Below, one piece after another: positions 13,900-31,861 of a stretch of 64,000 nucleotides of DNA. Origin of the DNA: Eledone cirrhosa (taxonomy: Eukaryota). The stretch spans positions 299,894,001-299,958,000 of the forward strand of contig OZ024741.1 of assembly GCA_964016885.1 (NCBI GenBank), read 5' to 3'. The notes under the pieces are model-generated. The model was not told the origin of the DNA, ran no database searches, and saw only the letters and a list, made by a program, of their open reading frames with translations. The position numbers were made by a program, and so were the translations under genes. Positions within the stretch are counted from its first letter, which is position 1. Each line of letters opens with the position of its first letter.

Positions 13900-14240
13900 T
13901 GTAGAAATCTCTTTGGAGTGACGTTACACGGTAGAGTTGCGCTCCAGGTAAAACCCCTATTTCTCTGAATTGAGAGAACACAGCACCAACACTTGCGGCA
14001 TGTGTTTAGAATGTTTCAGGAAATCATCGCTGGACAGATTTTACGGGCAAAATACACCACAGAAGATCCAAGGAAAGACCCCGGGCAAGATGATTGGATA
14101 ACATCAATGACCACGGCTGGTCAAGCTTGGGGATCAAGCCGAATCAATTGGAGACGTTTGTTTCTGATAAAACATGTTATTTATCTACCTCGCATAATTT
14201 AACTCAGATTGTCGAGATCGCAAACACCGATGTTGTAACG
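13900..14240 (+). mobile_element. Degraded RTE-clade LINE C-terminal fragment
   Basis: HVFRM..GQIL..RRSKERPRAR.LDNI..WSSLGI resembles the RTE C-terminal G(R)RPRGRPR.RW motif. Confidence 0.55.
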
Positions 14241-14525
14241 ATTCTGGCAACTCGCCGTCCGTAAATAAAGATATAAAAAGAATATTTCTTTACACAATTG
14301 AAGATATATATCGTGACACATCACTTATGTTGCATTTTGCAGGTATTTCTGGCCTCTAAATTTTAATTAAAGTGAGGCGAAATTTATATACAAACCAATT
14401 CTTATTCTAGATATCAATAATTAATTGTAGTCAGTGTATTACTGTAATGCCCTATCTATCTATCCACCTATCTCTGCATACATCTTTCTATCCACCCCTC
14501 TCTCTATCTCTGGCTCTCTCAGTAT

Positions 14526-14571
<46 letters not shown>

Positions 14572-14715
14572 GTATACAGCTCTGTAAAACACTTGAAAAT
14601 TTGCATTGAGCCTTCTGTCATACCGGTAACCGGTAGTACTAGCCTACATATTTATAGTTATATCAAACATATACATATAAATATTCTTATTACTATATAC
14701 ATATATATACATATA

Positions 14716-14743
14716 TTGCGACGTCACTACTGCCAATCTGTAA

Positions 14744-14783
<40 letters not shown>

Positions 14784-14810
14784 TTACAGATTATTTACAG
14801 ATTACTTTTC

Positions 14811-14877
<67 letters not shown>

Positions 14878-14902
14878 CAGATTGGTAGCAGTGACGCCGC
14901 AA
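14716..14902. repeat. Inverted duplication (~31 bp arms) around (TA)n
   Basis: ttgcgacgtcactactgccaatctgtaaatat vs atatttacagattggtagcagtgacgccgcaa. Confidence 0.8.
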
Positions 14903-17677
14903 CCCATTTCCAAAGATGCGCGAAATGAAATAAAGTGACTTTCTCAAGGACACAATGCATTACCCGGTCTGGATTCCCGATTCTAAGTAACGCATTTTGT
15001 TTATTTAGTCAGACGGGAACTCGATTGCCGATGGCCTTTTTCAAAGCCAACAAGACTAGATGTGAGAAAGTCGGAATGTATCTTCAACTTAGAGACTTAG
15101 CTTGAAGGCTTTCAACATCACAGACACTGATAAAGTGGGGTGTTAAATTGTGTGAAGTCTTAGGTTAACCAGATCTTAACGGTAAATGTTTTGGTTGTAT
15201 ACGTAAATAAGCAATGTTGAGATTGTGCTTCTGAGAATCACACATCTGTGTACAGGGCAGATGATATTTTATATTTTCCGTCTAGTGAATGCAGAATATA
15301 ACCTGTAACACTCGAAATAATTATGTTAACTAGAATTGATTTATAGAAAAACAATTGAAGTGTTAATGCAAAACAAAGTCAGAAAAAAAGAAGATAAAGC
15401 CACGTATTTCGATATTAAGTTTGATGTGTACATGTGAATGTAAAAGACTTAGTACATAGGTTATTTGCTTACGATCATAATGAAGTAATTTGGATTACCA
15501 ATTGTGACTTGCATCTATGAGGATTACATTATATTTCACATTAATCCAGCTCATTCAGTTTTCAAAAATGAGCTGTATATGTGATACAAAAGTCCAGGCT
15601 TGTTGAACACTAAATCTCCCAGCGAATTATGTTAAGTGCGAAATGGTCAACTACTTTAGGTTGATTTCATGAGCAGGCTGCTGTTGCGTTCGACAAACCC
15701 GAAAACTCGTCGTCGGTACCGACGAAAGTCCAACACGCGCATGTACATGAGTATCGTGCTCGTGTGTCTGAATTTGTGCATGTAAGCTAACACTAAGTGT
15801 ATGTATCTACTAGTTGGGTATGTAAAGTATGTGCATGCCATTCTTGTATATTGTGTTCATAAAAGGGCTGCATTCGAATGGCAGGTACTGTGAAATGATC
15901 CGATCCAAAACAGACACAAATATACATGGTACAGATGTTTGTATGTAAATATATACATTTGGATTAGCTTAGTTCAGGTTTGGAGTAATCTGTACCGAGG
16001 AGTATTTCAAAGGGCGTATATTTTATATTTTTATATTTTTGATGTTCCTGTCATAATTTTTGCAAACTTAACATATTTTTGTATAAAACTTCTGCGACAA
16101 TAAATCTCTGGCACTGTATTTTGAAAATTTACCGGCCACGTTATATTCAAAACCTGGTTATGAAACGTATGTTAATGCTTGAAATAAATCCAATTATATC
16201 ATTTACCTGTGTTAATCCTCTTTTTACCTGTTATATATATATATATATATACATGGGATGTAGAACTATACATTAGGAAACAATCATGGGTGAGGAATCT
16301 AAAGTATCATTGATTTGTAGTTACTTTTTCTACTGTAAAACCCTTTGTTTCTGGGCGCCTTAGTAGCGTTGCCTACTAAATGTTAAGATGTGGGAACTTA
16401 TACTTATACCACTCCATTTTCGATCAACGGCCTTTCCAACTACGTGTTATCCAGCTTTTCGAAACAACTTCACAGCCTGCTCGTAAAAAATATCGGGCAA
16501 GTGATTTACGAACACATGTACACAAACGTAGTTCTCACAAGATTCAACGTGTCACATTTAGTTACAGGTTCAGCAAATTCTCTACTGAGTCGACATGTTC
16601 AATATTAAAAATAGTGTATTCTCGACGGGCACAATGTCCTCCCCGAAGGGAACACACGTCTTTGTGTTCATGAGACAAACACTCTAACCACAAAGATACG
16701 TGCCTTCAAAACCTGCTAAAGTGGTTCCTCTTAATCGAGTTTAAATTGATAGTATTTAACATATTTCCGTTATGGGGTTTAGGTGCCCATTCATTCACGA
16801 AGTTCTACAGAAAACTTCTTCCTTTGATCTAGCGTAGTATTCAAGATGAGACACCCAGAGATACAGATAGTACCACCATCACAGAGTCACTACTTTATTT
16901 ATCGACCGCTTCAGAATGTAAGGTAAACAGTGCCTCGGTGAGATTTGAACTCTGAACACAGAGACCTGGAAGAGATATCAAACAGATCTGACGATTCTGA
17001 CTTACTTAATACTATAAAACATTGACGCACGACTATTTAATCCTCTCATGATATTCATCATCTTTTCTCTGTCTCTGAATGATTATTCTCTTACATGCCC
17101 TCTGACGAACATATTATATCATATCATCTCATATACTTTGCAAATCATCAGATACGTGCTTGAGACTGGCTGATAATGAGAGAGACGCACTGTAAATGTC
17201 AGCTCTACACGTGAAGCACGCTCTTGCGGATAGCCATCCCCATTTCCATCGCAGTAAGTATTTGTTTCAACTGCGACTGTTTGAACAATAAACCTATGGG
17301 AGTGTGCTTAGCTTACTATTTTCCGCCTGTTTACCAACGGAGACTGGACCCGGCGCTGCTTGAGAAAGTCTCGCTGTAAGTTGCATCCTATTATAGGGTA
17401 CTTATCACCTAGGAAAGCGAAGATTGTGTTGTCATTTGGTCATTATGCCCTGAGTCGACTTCCACAGGCCTCAGCTACGCTTCCCGATATTATTGAGTGT
17501 CAGATATCATGGAAAGCGACCGAGGGAGCAAAGATATTCTGGGGAACCAGATTCAATTCACATTGACCTCAGAGTTCACTTGTTTTTTTTTTCTTGTCGA
17601 GCAGCAAAATTTAGGGGACATAGTGACACAAGTACAAACCTAAACAAAGACACCGACCCACTTATACATACATATAC

Positions 17678-17741
<64 letters not shown>

Positions 17742-18062
17742 TATACAATTAAATAAATATAGTATATATATAGTATATATATATATGAGTGTCTGTGTCT
17801 GTGTCTTTGTGTATGTGTGTGTGTCTTTGTGTATGTGTGTGTGTCTTTGCACATATAAACTGGCATATCTGAAGTGATGTCGTAGAAGAGTCGTGCCCCG
17901 TCATTATGAATGTACCCTGAGCTGATCGATATCGAAGCAATTATAATATGCCGATAGATACCGTACAAATACTGCAACACTGGATTCGATCCTACTTACT
18001 GGCTCTCCCTCCCTCTCTCTCTTTGTCTCTCTCTCTCTCTCTATATATATATGTATATATGT

Positions 18063-19320
18063 ATATATTGTTATACTTTGGGATGGTTGTGCTGTCAATA
18101 AAAACGCGCACCAGGCGATTTTCAGTTTAATTCATATAATTTCCTGTTGGTTAGTTTAATAAACCTGGACTGCACATCCGTTACATCCCTGTAGGGATGG
18201 GTTTATTTATTTGTGTATTTATTTATTTATTTATTTATATTTATGTATTTACTGTTGTTTCTTCTATCTGTCCTACTTGTCAAACGTACGTTAATTGTTA
18301 TCCTGGTTTGTGTATTTTCTTTGTGTGTGTGAATGTGTGTGTGTATGTGTGTGAATGTGTGTGTGTGTGTGTGTGTATGTGTGTGTGTGTTAGTGTGTGC
18401 GCGTGTGTGGCGGGATTTGATTATTTGTACTATGTATACATGTTAAAACACCTCCCACAAGAGAACTGTCAGGAATTAGAAAAAAGCACCCTGTTTAACA
18501 TCCAGCAAATAGCTATCTCCATCCACTAGAGTATTAAAGCTACCGACGTCTACCCACCTAAACACCCCAAATATAATCTACCTGTGCTAGACATAGAAAT
18601 TTATTTAGAAACCGTTGATAATAAAACAGTATTGCGTCTGTTCTGTGTGTAGATATAATTTCCAGATAGATGTTCTCTCGTGAAACGCATGTTCCATACT
18701 GATATGTTCGAAGAGTACTAATGACTTGTTCTCGACCTGACTTTCTCGCCTATGATATTTTATCCTATGCTACGAACCCTCTCATCTATATATAATGTGT
18801 TCATCTTCTTACAATACGCTCAATGCATATTATGCTATATACTACATTTCTTGTTTTACAGTTAATCTATGGGATTAATCGGCACACTACATATTTTTAT
18901 CAGTGTAGCGGGTTTTCATAAATAGGTACGTTCTGCTAATCGGGGTCTTTATGAGAACACTTGATTTTTCTACTATCTTAATATTTATGTGTAATTCATC
19001 TAAATCTGTATGCTAGTTCGTTTCGGGTGTAACATTGATACGCATTTCAATCTGGTATTTGCTGCCGTCATGCCATAAGTTGACACTTTTCATCTTTCTC
19101 TCTCCTATTCCAAAATTTGCTCCTATATATGGGGCAAGTCCCATTTGCATCATTTTCTATGTCATTCATCCATTTGTCCCTGGCTCCTTTGCACACCCTG
19201 ATCCTGTCTTTCTCATTACAATTGGACAACTGCATGCGGTGGAGAAATTGTTGCATGTGGCTCTCTACTTTTTAGGGATTGCCTTTGTGGGACACATTCT
19301 TCATTAGACATACTTCGGAG
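18063..19320 (-). mobile_element. Rearranged Penelope-like element, same family as 7900-9073, with an RT fragment in the opposite orientation at ~18440-18630
   Basis: Minus ORF 19068-19256 (DANGTCPIYRSKFWNR); plus-strand IQQIAISIH..LPVLDIEI (RT C-terminal part); terminal repeat at 18063-18200. Confidence 0.7.
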
Positions 19321-19382
19321 GTCTTCACTTTCTGTCAACCAAATACCATATAAAATGCATTGGTCAGCATCAAAATCTAGTA

Positions 19383-19459
<77 letters not shown>

Positions 19460-19461
19460 CA

Positions 19462-19781
19462 GGTTCAGGACTCCGGCGGCTGAACTCCGGCCGTTTCGAC
19501 AGCTAGAACCGAGTTCAAAACAGCTGTCAAAACCGCCAAAGCTCAGCCGTCAGTCTCCTGAATATTTTCATATTAATCACTCTACTACCCCAAGTATCGA
19601 GTACTCTGGTGTGTTATGGTCCAGCAGGTATCTTACCACACTAGTTTGGATCTAGATGTCGAAACGGCCGGAGCTCAGCCGTCGAGGTCCTGAATCTTTT
19701 CAATTACCCACGCATCTACCCCAAATATCGAGTAATCAGTTGCGTGATGGTCCACGTGGTATCTTACCACACCCTATTTGT

Positions 19782-19785
<4 letters not shown>
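19462..19785. repeat. ~130 bp diverged tandem repeat preceded by an inverted copy; probable PLE terminal-repeat remnant
   Basis: ttcaggactccggcggctgaactccggccgtttcgac is inverted relative to gtcgaaacggccggagctcagccgtcgaggtcctgaa; 19527-19650 and 19658-19780 are direct repeats. Confidence 0.7.
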
Positions 19786-19812
<27 letters not shown>

Positions 19813-19928
19813 TTGTGTGTGTGTGTGTGTGCGTGTGCCTGTGTCTGTGTGTGTCTGTGTGTGTCTGTGTGTATGAGTGTGTGTTTGTGGGCGTGTATGT
19901 GTGAGAGTGTGTTAGTGTGTATTTGTAC

Positions 19929-19970
<42 letters not shown>

Positions 19971-20679
19971 GTGTGAGTGTGTGTGTATGTGTGTGTGTGT
20001 GTGTGTTTACAAATAGAAAGATAGGTAATTATATATATTAAAGTTCATTTGTTCGAAATTTATTCTCATTGCTTTGTCATTATGCACACTCTTTATGCAA
20101 CTTTTTACCTGAAATAATATAGTGACACCAGTAATACCAAAACTAGATGCAGACAGAGTTTAATAAGGGTCAAAGGAAGGCATGGGTAGGTAAAGATCTC
20201 GTTTGAGGTCTAGGAATATTTTGAGTAAAGATACAATAAATAAAAAATCGATAACTGCTCGTACAATATCTGACCTTTAGTCATCCAACCAAAATGAAAA
20301 GAAAAGCAAGGGAGCCAATCAGATGTTTGGCCCAAAGAAACAATATTTCCATTGGTATTTCTATTCCTGGCGGGTATATTTTCTGGCAGAACGAGCAACT
20401 TGATTTAAAATATTTACTTCAAGAAAACAAAGTGTAGTCCCATCCAATACATGACGTTATGATCAGGAATGCAAAATCATGAACACGAACTAACAAAGGC
20501 TTGAATAAAATGTTTAAGTTATTTAAATTATATTTTCAACGTATTTATTTTTACCAACTTTCTAGTTGTGGTAGACACCAAACGCAAGGGAATTTCCGAG
20601 GTCGATCGATTTATGAATTGCATCCAACTTTCATCGGATTGAAGGAAAAGCTTAGATCCTGTATAGGTTTGCATTATTA

Positions 20680-20716
<37 letters not shown>

Positions 20717-20741
20717 TAGAGGTGTAACACACGAGTTGTGA

Positions 20742-21096
20742 TATATTAGTAATAGGAAAAGAATATGCTGACAAATTGTTCCCAGTGAAAAATAGTTTCA
20801 TTAGGAATAAGTATAAGTATTGGTTAGTATTCAGTTTTAGATTTAATTGTTTACCGGTTGCGCATTTTTAATGCTTTTCAAAAATAATTTCGAGATAGAG
20901 CGCCCTTGATGTTTGCTCTAATCTGAGCAAACATCACGGGCGCTCTATCTCAAAATTATTTTTGAAAAGCATTAGAAATGCGCTACCGGTAAAAACTTAA
21001 AACTAAAACTTATTACTAATTTTTAATTATTCCTAATTAAACTATTTTTCACTGGGAACAATTTGTCAGCATTTTCTTTTCCTTTTGCTAATATAT
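20742..21096. repeat. Imperfect fold-back (~175 bp arms, 6-nt loop taatct)
   Basis: Arms complementary around tgatgtttgctc-taatct-gagcaaacatca; an unfolded copy of the left arm lies at 48432-48623. Confidence 0.9.
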
Positions 21097-21191
<95 letters not shown>

Positions 21192-21275
21192 AAGTTATAT
21201 TTAAAATTGTTGGGTTACAACTAGTAAATATTTATAACTGATATAAAAGCACTCGACAAATATTTGGAGTATATT

Positions 21276-21643
21276 TACAATATTAAATAAATGGAAAACT
21301 ATATTTATAAAACCATATTTATTTCATTATATATATTTCGGGGATATCATATTAACAATATGCTATGCCTTCATCAGACAAAATACAATATAAACAGTTT
21401 TATAGATAAATATATTCGACATACCGTAATAAACATCAACTTCATTTGAAGAGGTTTACGCTAGCGTAAACCTCTTCAAATGAAGTTGATGTTTATTACG
21501 GTATGTCGAATATATTTATCTATAAAACTGTTTATATTGTATTTTGTCTGATCAAGGCATAGCATATTGTTAATATGATATCCCCGAAATATATATAATG
21601 AAATAAATATGGTTTTATAAATATAGTTTTCCATTTATTTAAT

Positions 21644-21649
<6 letters not shown>
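21276..21649. repeat. 374 bp spacer-less palindrome with one mismatch, made of a PLE-type terminal repeat
   Basis: Checked base by base: centre tttacgct|agcgtaaa (21462/21463); only mismatch is 21372/21553. Confidence 0.95.
21320..21385 (-). ncRNA. Minimal type I hammerhead ribozyme
   Basis: UAUUUUGU-CUGAUGA-stem II (CAUAUU/AAUAUG)-GAA-AUAUAUAU-A-AUGAAAUA; stem I 8 bp, self-complementary stem III; the 10.1-11.1 pair is an A-C mismatch. Confidence 0.75.
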
Positions 21650-21673
<24 letters not shown>

Positions 21674-21710
<37 letters not shown>

Positions 21711-23179
21711 TTTACGTCCGCTTTTCCCTTCTTGCAAGGGTGGGACGGGTCTTATTCAGCAAAGCATCTCTCCACTCGTCACGGTCCGCCGTCATCTCCA
21801 CCGTGAGCTTCAATGATCTGAGGTCTGTTCTCACCACCTCCGCCCATGATTTTCGTGGTCTACCTCTACCACGTCTTCCTTCAACTGGCAATTCCTGGCA
21901 CTTCTTCACCCATCGGTCAGCCTCCATGCGCATCACATGTCCATACCACCTCAGTCTCCTCTCCCGTACACTACATTCTATCCCTCTCAGACACAGTTTT
22001 TCTCTCAACACATTTATGCTGGGTCGTTCACGCACATTTACACTGCACATCCAACGGAGCATGCTTGCCTCATTTCTCTCCAGCCGTCGCATATCCTCTG
22101 CAGTTGCTGCCCATGTCTCACTACCATGCAGCATCGCGCTCCTCACACAGGCATCATACAACCGCCCTTTCGTACGCAGGGAGAAACCCTTCTTCGTCAA
22201 CAGAGGAAGCAGCTCCCTAAACTTCTTCCAACCCGTCCTTATTCTAGATACTATGGCCTCGGAACACCCTCCTCCCATGCTAATCTGATCTCCTAGGTAC
22301 CGGAAGCTGTCCACCACTTCTATAGCGCCCTCTTGCATTTGAAAAATGTGTCTATCAGTGCGACTCCTACTGTCTAATTTCCCTGTACATCTACCGCATA
22401 CATATTTCTCCCTACCTGTCAGTTTGCCTGCTATCCCGCTACATCTCTTGTGTACCCAGGATCTGCATTGTGTGCATTTTATAGAATTTATGCCAGTTCC
22501 TTTTCTGCATATCGAACATGGCCATTTCCCTTACGGAATCAGGGTGTTGTCCTCTTTTCTACTCATCAACACTTTTGTTTTAGCTAGATTCACTCTCAGT
22601 CCTCTTGCTTCCAACTGCTGTTTCCATAGCCTGAATTTATTCTCTAGCTCCTCTACTGATTCAGCTCTAAGAACCAGATCGTCAGGATAGAGAAGTTCCC
22701 ATGGACAGCCAGTCTTAAACTCCTCTGTTATGGCTTGGAGGATTATAATGAACAAGAGCGGGCTGAGGACCGAACCCTGATGTACTCCTACGTGTATCTG
22801 GAATTCCTCACTAAACTCCATTCCTACCCTGACTTTACTGAGAGTACCTCTGTACAAAGTTTGCACTGTCCTCACAAGCCATTCCTCAAAACCTAGCTTC
22901 CTTAGGGACCACCAGATGACAGATCGGGGTACTCTATCAAAGGCCTTCTCTAGGTCAACAAAGGCTAGGTATAGTGGCTTATTCTTCTCTAAGAACCTCT
23001 CTTGCAATTGTCTCACCAAGAAGAAGGCATCTGTTGTACTCTTCCCAGGCACAAAACCATACTGCATCTCATCTAGTTTGACCCTTTCTCTAATTAGTTG
23101 TGCTAAAATCCTTTCTGCCACTTTCATAACCTGATCTATAAGTTTTATACCCCTATAATTGCTCCTCTCCAAAGCATCA
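21674..23179 (-). mobile_element. 5'-truncated RTE-clade LINE inserted in (TA)n, with (GAT)n tail
   Basis: ORF 22531-23172 (NYRGIKL, FVDLEKAFD, GVHQGSVLSP, LLYPDD) and ORF 21712-22338 (FRYLG, SAMLHGSETW, RLRWYGHV, GRRGRGRPRK); a Cys-rich insert lies between them. Confidence 0.95.
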
Positions 23180-27300
<4,121 letters not shown>

Positions 27301-29129
27301 TTATAATAATATCATAAATAGATAAAAAAATAAAACATGTTTTTTTTTTATATTAACTTTTACAATTTCCTCCTAATTTAACAATTCCGATTTCATATAT
27401 ATATATATTCTTTTTTTTTCAGACAATTAATTGAGCAGAAGAAAAATTTCGACAATTTTTAAACAACATTTCTAAATAAACACTCACACACACATGTAAT
27501 CACAATAACATATATTAATATACATACATTCATACATACATATGTATACACACTCATATATCTGCAATTAAAAATAAAAATTTGTTTGTTTTCTTTTTTT
27601 CATTTTGCAGTCGATTTCTTATATTTTATACATTCCAGAATCCACTTTTAATATAAAAGAAATGTTACTGAAGTCATTTCCATTCGTCTCATGTATATTT
27701 ATATTATTATTAGGATTATTATTAATATTATTAATTTTGTATGTTGTGTTCGCTTTGATTCTAAGTAAGTTAAGAAGAAATGTAGGAGCGTTACTAGACA
27801 GACCTAGTGCACCTACGGTCTTTTACCGAAACTGGTGAGAAACCGTGAAAGAGAAGAAAAAAAAAGAAAAAAAGTATACAATTTAGAAGAAGGAAGCCAA
27901 GTGGTTGTTGACTAGAGTAAACTGTTGTGCGAGAGCCAGCTGGGAAGAGCATACGCTTTGCTATCAGCTGCAGTCTAGCAGTTAAATTAGAAGAAATATC
28001 AGCAGCAGTAACTGCAGCTGCAGCAACGATAGTAGCTGTAGTGATAATGACAGTGGTATCAGTCGCAGCAGCAGTAACAGTACGGTTATAGAATTTGAAT
28101 CAGTATTAAGAGACTGCTGGAATCGCTGAGAACTGTCCTATCGTTTGATGTAGCATCTACATGTAGTTGTCACATTCATTAGTGGCAGCAGGCTTGATGT
28201 CTGCTAGTAGTAATTTAATAATAATAATTACTTTCAACTTCGCAACAGAAAAGTCTTGCTCAGGAAAAAGTAATTAGCCGAATAAATCGACACCTGTGTA
28301 TTGATAATGAATCCGTCACCCATGAATCATAGAAGAAAAAGAAATGACAACAACACGTGGCGGTCCTTGATAAGCGTTGGATGCAGGAATGTAAAACAAA
28401 AGGAGCAGATATGATAAATCCTTAAGTGTAACCTACTCCAATTTGGACCATATTGAATATATTTTGTATTATACCATATTAGCAATGTGTTTATTAAGCT
28501 ACGCGATATCATTTCTGAAAGTTTTCACCTCGGTGCATTTTACTATTAGTAGTGAAATAGATGAAAACAAGGTTAGAAATTGTATTGCAGACACCACTAT
28601 CACATAGTTAATATGTTTATTAATTTGATTGGGCACATTAAGTTACCTCTAATTTTTCCAAAAATATTACAAACATGATTAATTTAAAGACGGCCGTGAA
28701 ACTAGGTAAGGGACATTCCATCGGAAGATAAAACTTTTTATAAAAAAGTTCTTAACATTAGCGGAAGGGGAGATATTATCGATTTAATCCTCCTCAGTGC
28801 GTATGCAGTAAATATTATGCCATCCCCACTATAAGATGGAATATGACTTAAACTCAAAACCTAAAATAAAGTTTTATGAAAAATAATGTGAAGTCTCAGA
28901 AACGGTACAGTCATCGAGCACGGTATTTGGTCGTATTTATTTTAGTCTTTGTTCAATTTCTGTGTATATTGTCAATTACGATTTTATTTAATGTATCATA
29001 TCTACATGCATATATACTTGCGTATAATATCAATATACACGCTACACATGCTATCAGAAAACCACCCTAAGGGTGGTTTTTCTGCTAGTCCATGTAATAG
29101 ACATAACTCCCGCTTTATATATATATATA

Positions 29130-30020
29130 TAAAGCAAACAGAAATATATATATATATAAAACAAACAGAAATAACAAACCAAACGACACATTGCATTGAA
29201 GAAATATATTACCAGGAAAGTTTTTTAACGTTTACGACACTAGCCCTTCACCAGAAGATCGTGATTAAAGATAACCTTAAGCCAAAATCTCATTTTGGGG
29301 GGAATATAGGCCAAATCGGCTGAACATGTTTTGAATTACCCGGACGATGGTTTCTGGTATTCAAGACACAACATCAGGAATTCCAAGAAATTGCAAGAAT
29401 TAAATTTGTTTCATCGGGTGGTGAATTCTTTTTAGAAAGAAGGGGACATGCTGAAAATATATCATACATAAAACTACGTTACTAGACCACATGGTGAACA
29501 AGGTGTTGTATTGCTTAATTATTATATGACCATATTCCACCAAAAGCGAAAATTTGAATATATATCATACATACCATGCCGTTGGTAAATCGCATGGTGA
29601 AACAATGTTTTGTAGCACAGAAATTTCTGTATGAATATTTCCTACTTAATGTATTAGCACAATACAACGGGCTTATATTGACGCCGAAAGCAGCAGCCAA
29701 AACCGACTATATAAGTTCAACCTTTAAAACGTAAACATCACAATGAAAGATATATTAATAAATTGACTTCTCAGAGAAGTATTAAAATATATTCAACTTA
29801 AGCCAAAATCTTATTTATAAGCCAAATCCGCTAGAAAAAGTCTGCTTTATCTCAGATAATACCCTGACCATGGTTTATGAGACTCACGATACATCAGGAA
29901 TTCCAAAACATTGGAATAACCAAAGATAGATATAGACGGAACTGTATGTGTGATATATTTTCAAATTGTCCCCTTATTTCTAAGAAGAATTCACCTCCTG
30001 ACAAAGCAAATTTAATTCTT
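29130..30020. repeat. Old composite of direct (29278-29395 / 29798-29912) and inverted (29394-29448 / 29968-30020) repeats; probable PLE terminal-repeat debris
   Basis: aagccaaaatct...catcaggaattccaa occurs twice; aagaattaaatttg...aaggggaca is inverted relative to tgtcccctt...caaatttaattctt. Confidence 0.55.
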
Positions 30021-30700
30021 CAAATATGATTGCCCATTGTGCCCCTGTTCGACCTAGAGCTTTGCCGAGTCTCCTGAACGACTTGCGTGCAAATCCACTT
30101 GGTAAGCAGATTAAGGAGAAGTTTTGCTAAAGCTTTAACCACTGCCTCACGAAGGCTCATTCTTCGATAGTTGTCACACCCCTTCCCCTTGAACAAAGAA
30201 ACAAAGATCATATCATTCCAGTGAGAATGAACATGAGTACCCGATCAATTATCAGAAATCAATAGTAAATCTTCAAAGCAACTTTGTCAACACCATCAAG
30301 CAAGACCTCGAGAACAGGATCCACTGGCGTCCCAGTATTAATCTCCTCCACTGCCTGTTACACCTCAGCCAGAGTGGAATGATCTGCCATTTAATGGATT
30401 ATATGATATTTCATGGATGATATACAATTGAAGCAATTGAAGTTATTGATGATATCAGCATTAAACTCCGAGGGGTTATGAAAGTGATCAGTAAAATGCT
30501 TGCCCCAACGTTCCATTATACTGTCCGAGGCTATGGAGAGGACAGATCCGTCCTTGAACCTGAGTGATACCATGGACACAGATTCAGGGCCGACCCTGAT
30601 TGGTCAGGTGCTACAATGCCTTGGAGTCCGTTTGATCATAGACACTGAATCTGCATTGAAATACCTAACCACAAATTATTTTTTCATCTGACGGATTTCA
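30020..30700 (-). mobile_element. Degraded RTE/BovB-like RT N-terminal fragment
   Basis: KDGSVL..IMERWGKHFTDHFHNPS and SLFKGKGCDNYRRMSL..KALAKLLLN..ETRQSSRSNRGT. Confidence 0.75.
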
Positions 30701-30792
30701 CGCTGGAGTAAAGATTTTACATGCTTAAAATACTTATTCTTACTCAATAAACGTAATGAAGACATAATAAATTGTCATTTTTATTATTATTA

Positions 30793-31607
30793 CAGTTGCA
30801 TTTATCTTGCTTTATGTTCATACGAGTTATCACCAAGTCATAACCAGTGACCTCAAGAGACAACAAGGGCCGCCATGTTCAAGAAAGAACATAAATACTC
30901 ACACATGCATCTTTAGTGTTTAGACTTGTGATGTACTTATATTGACAGGATCTTCCTTAGTATATGGGCAGTTCCCATTAGTACTTTCTTTTGTATTTCT
31001 CCTATACGCGGGTTTCCTGGGATTTGCGATAAGTAATCATTAGACCCCTTAGGTATCATTCCTAGAGCGCCTACTGCCATTGGTATTGTTTTAGTTCTCA
31101 ATTTCCACATTTTTCCAATTTCTATCTCCAGGTCCTTATACATGCTCAATTTTTCAAATGTTTTTATAGATACATTCTTGTCTATTGGAACGGATATATC
31201 AATTAGCAGGCATACCCTCTTTTTAAAGTCCTTCAATATTATATCAGGTCTATTTGCATCTATTTTTCGGTCTGTTTGGATGCTAAAGTTCCACAAGATT
31301 GAGATGTGATCTTTTTCAAGTATGGGAGGTGGTTGATGCTCCCACCAATTCTTTTGATGTGGCAGGTCAAAATGCTTACACATTATCCAATGTATGTATT
31401 GTGCAGCTCTGTCATGCCTGTTTAGGTATTCCGTTGGAGCTATAGGACTGCACATTGAAATTATATGGTCAATGGTCTCTGGTTGTTTTTTGCATACACT
31501 GCATAATGGGCTGCATCCATTTTTTATTATGTTGGCTTGGTAATTTTTTGTTGGCAGACACTGATCTTGTGCTGATATAATCAGTCCTTCAGTCTCCGAT
31601 TTCAGTC
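30793..31607 (-). mobile_element. Dong family A copy 1 (5'-truncated; zinc finger + RLE + 3' UTR)
   Basis: ORF 30937-31695: CSVC..ETIDHIISMC, RHD, NRPDII..LIDISVP, GALG; (TAA)n on both sides. Confidence 0.92.
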
Positions 31608-31654
<47 letters not shown>

Positions 31655-31861
31655 GGCGATCTACGTAGTAAATCGTATCTTCGTGAGCTCCGCAAAGGTT
31701 TGTTATTTCCGTTTGTTAAAAATTGTCATTTATGGAAAATTTTATTGTTAACTGTTTATAAGCGCACATACATTGTTTTCCGAAAAGGACACCCAAAAAG
31801 ATTGGTGCCTTGTGCCCAAAATTTAAACTTTTATTATTATCAAAAAATTTCTTTGAAAAAA

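Noticed and set aside
29054-29083. Short hairpin agaaaaccaccc-taa-gggtggtttttct resembling a terminator
   Set aside because: Eukaryotic repeat context; an isolated hairpin with no supporting feature.
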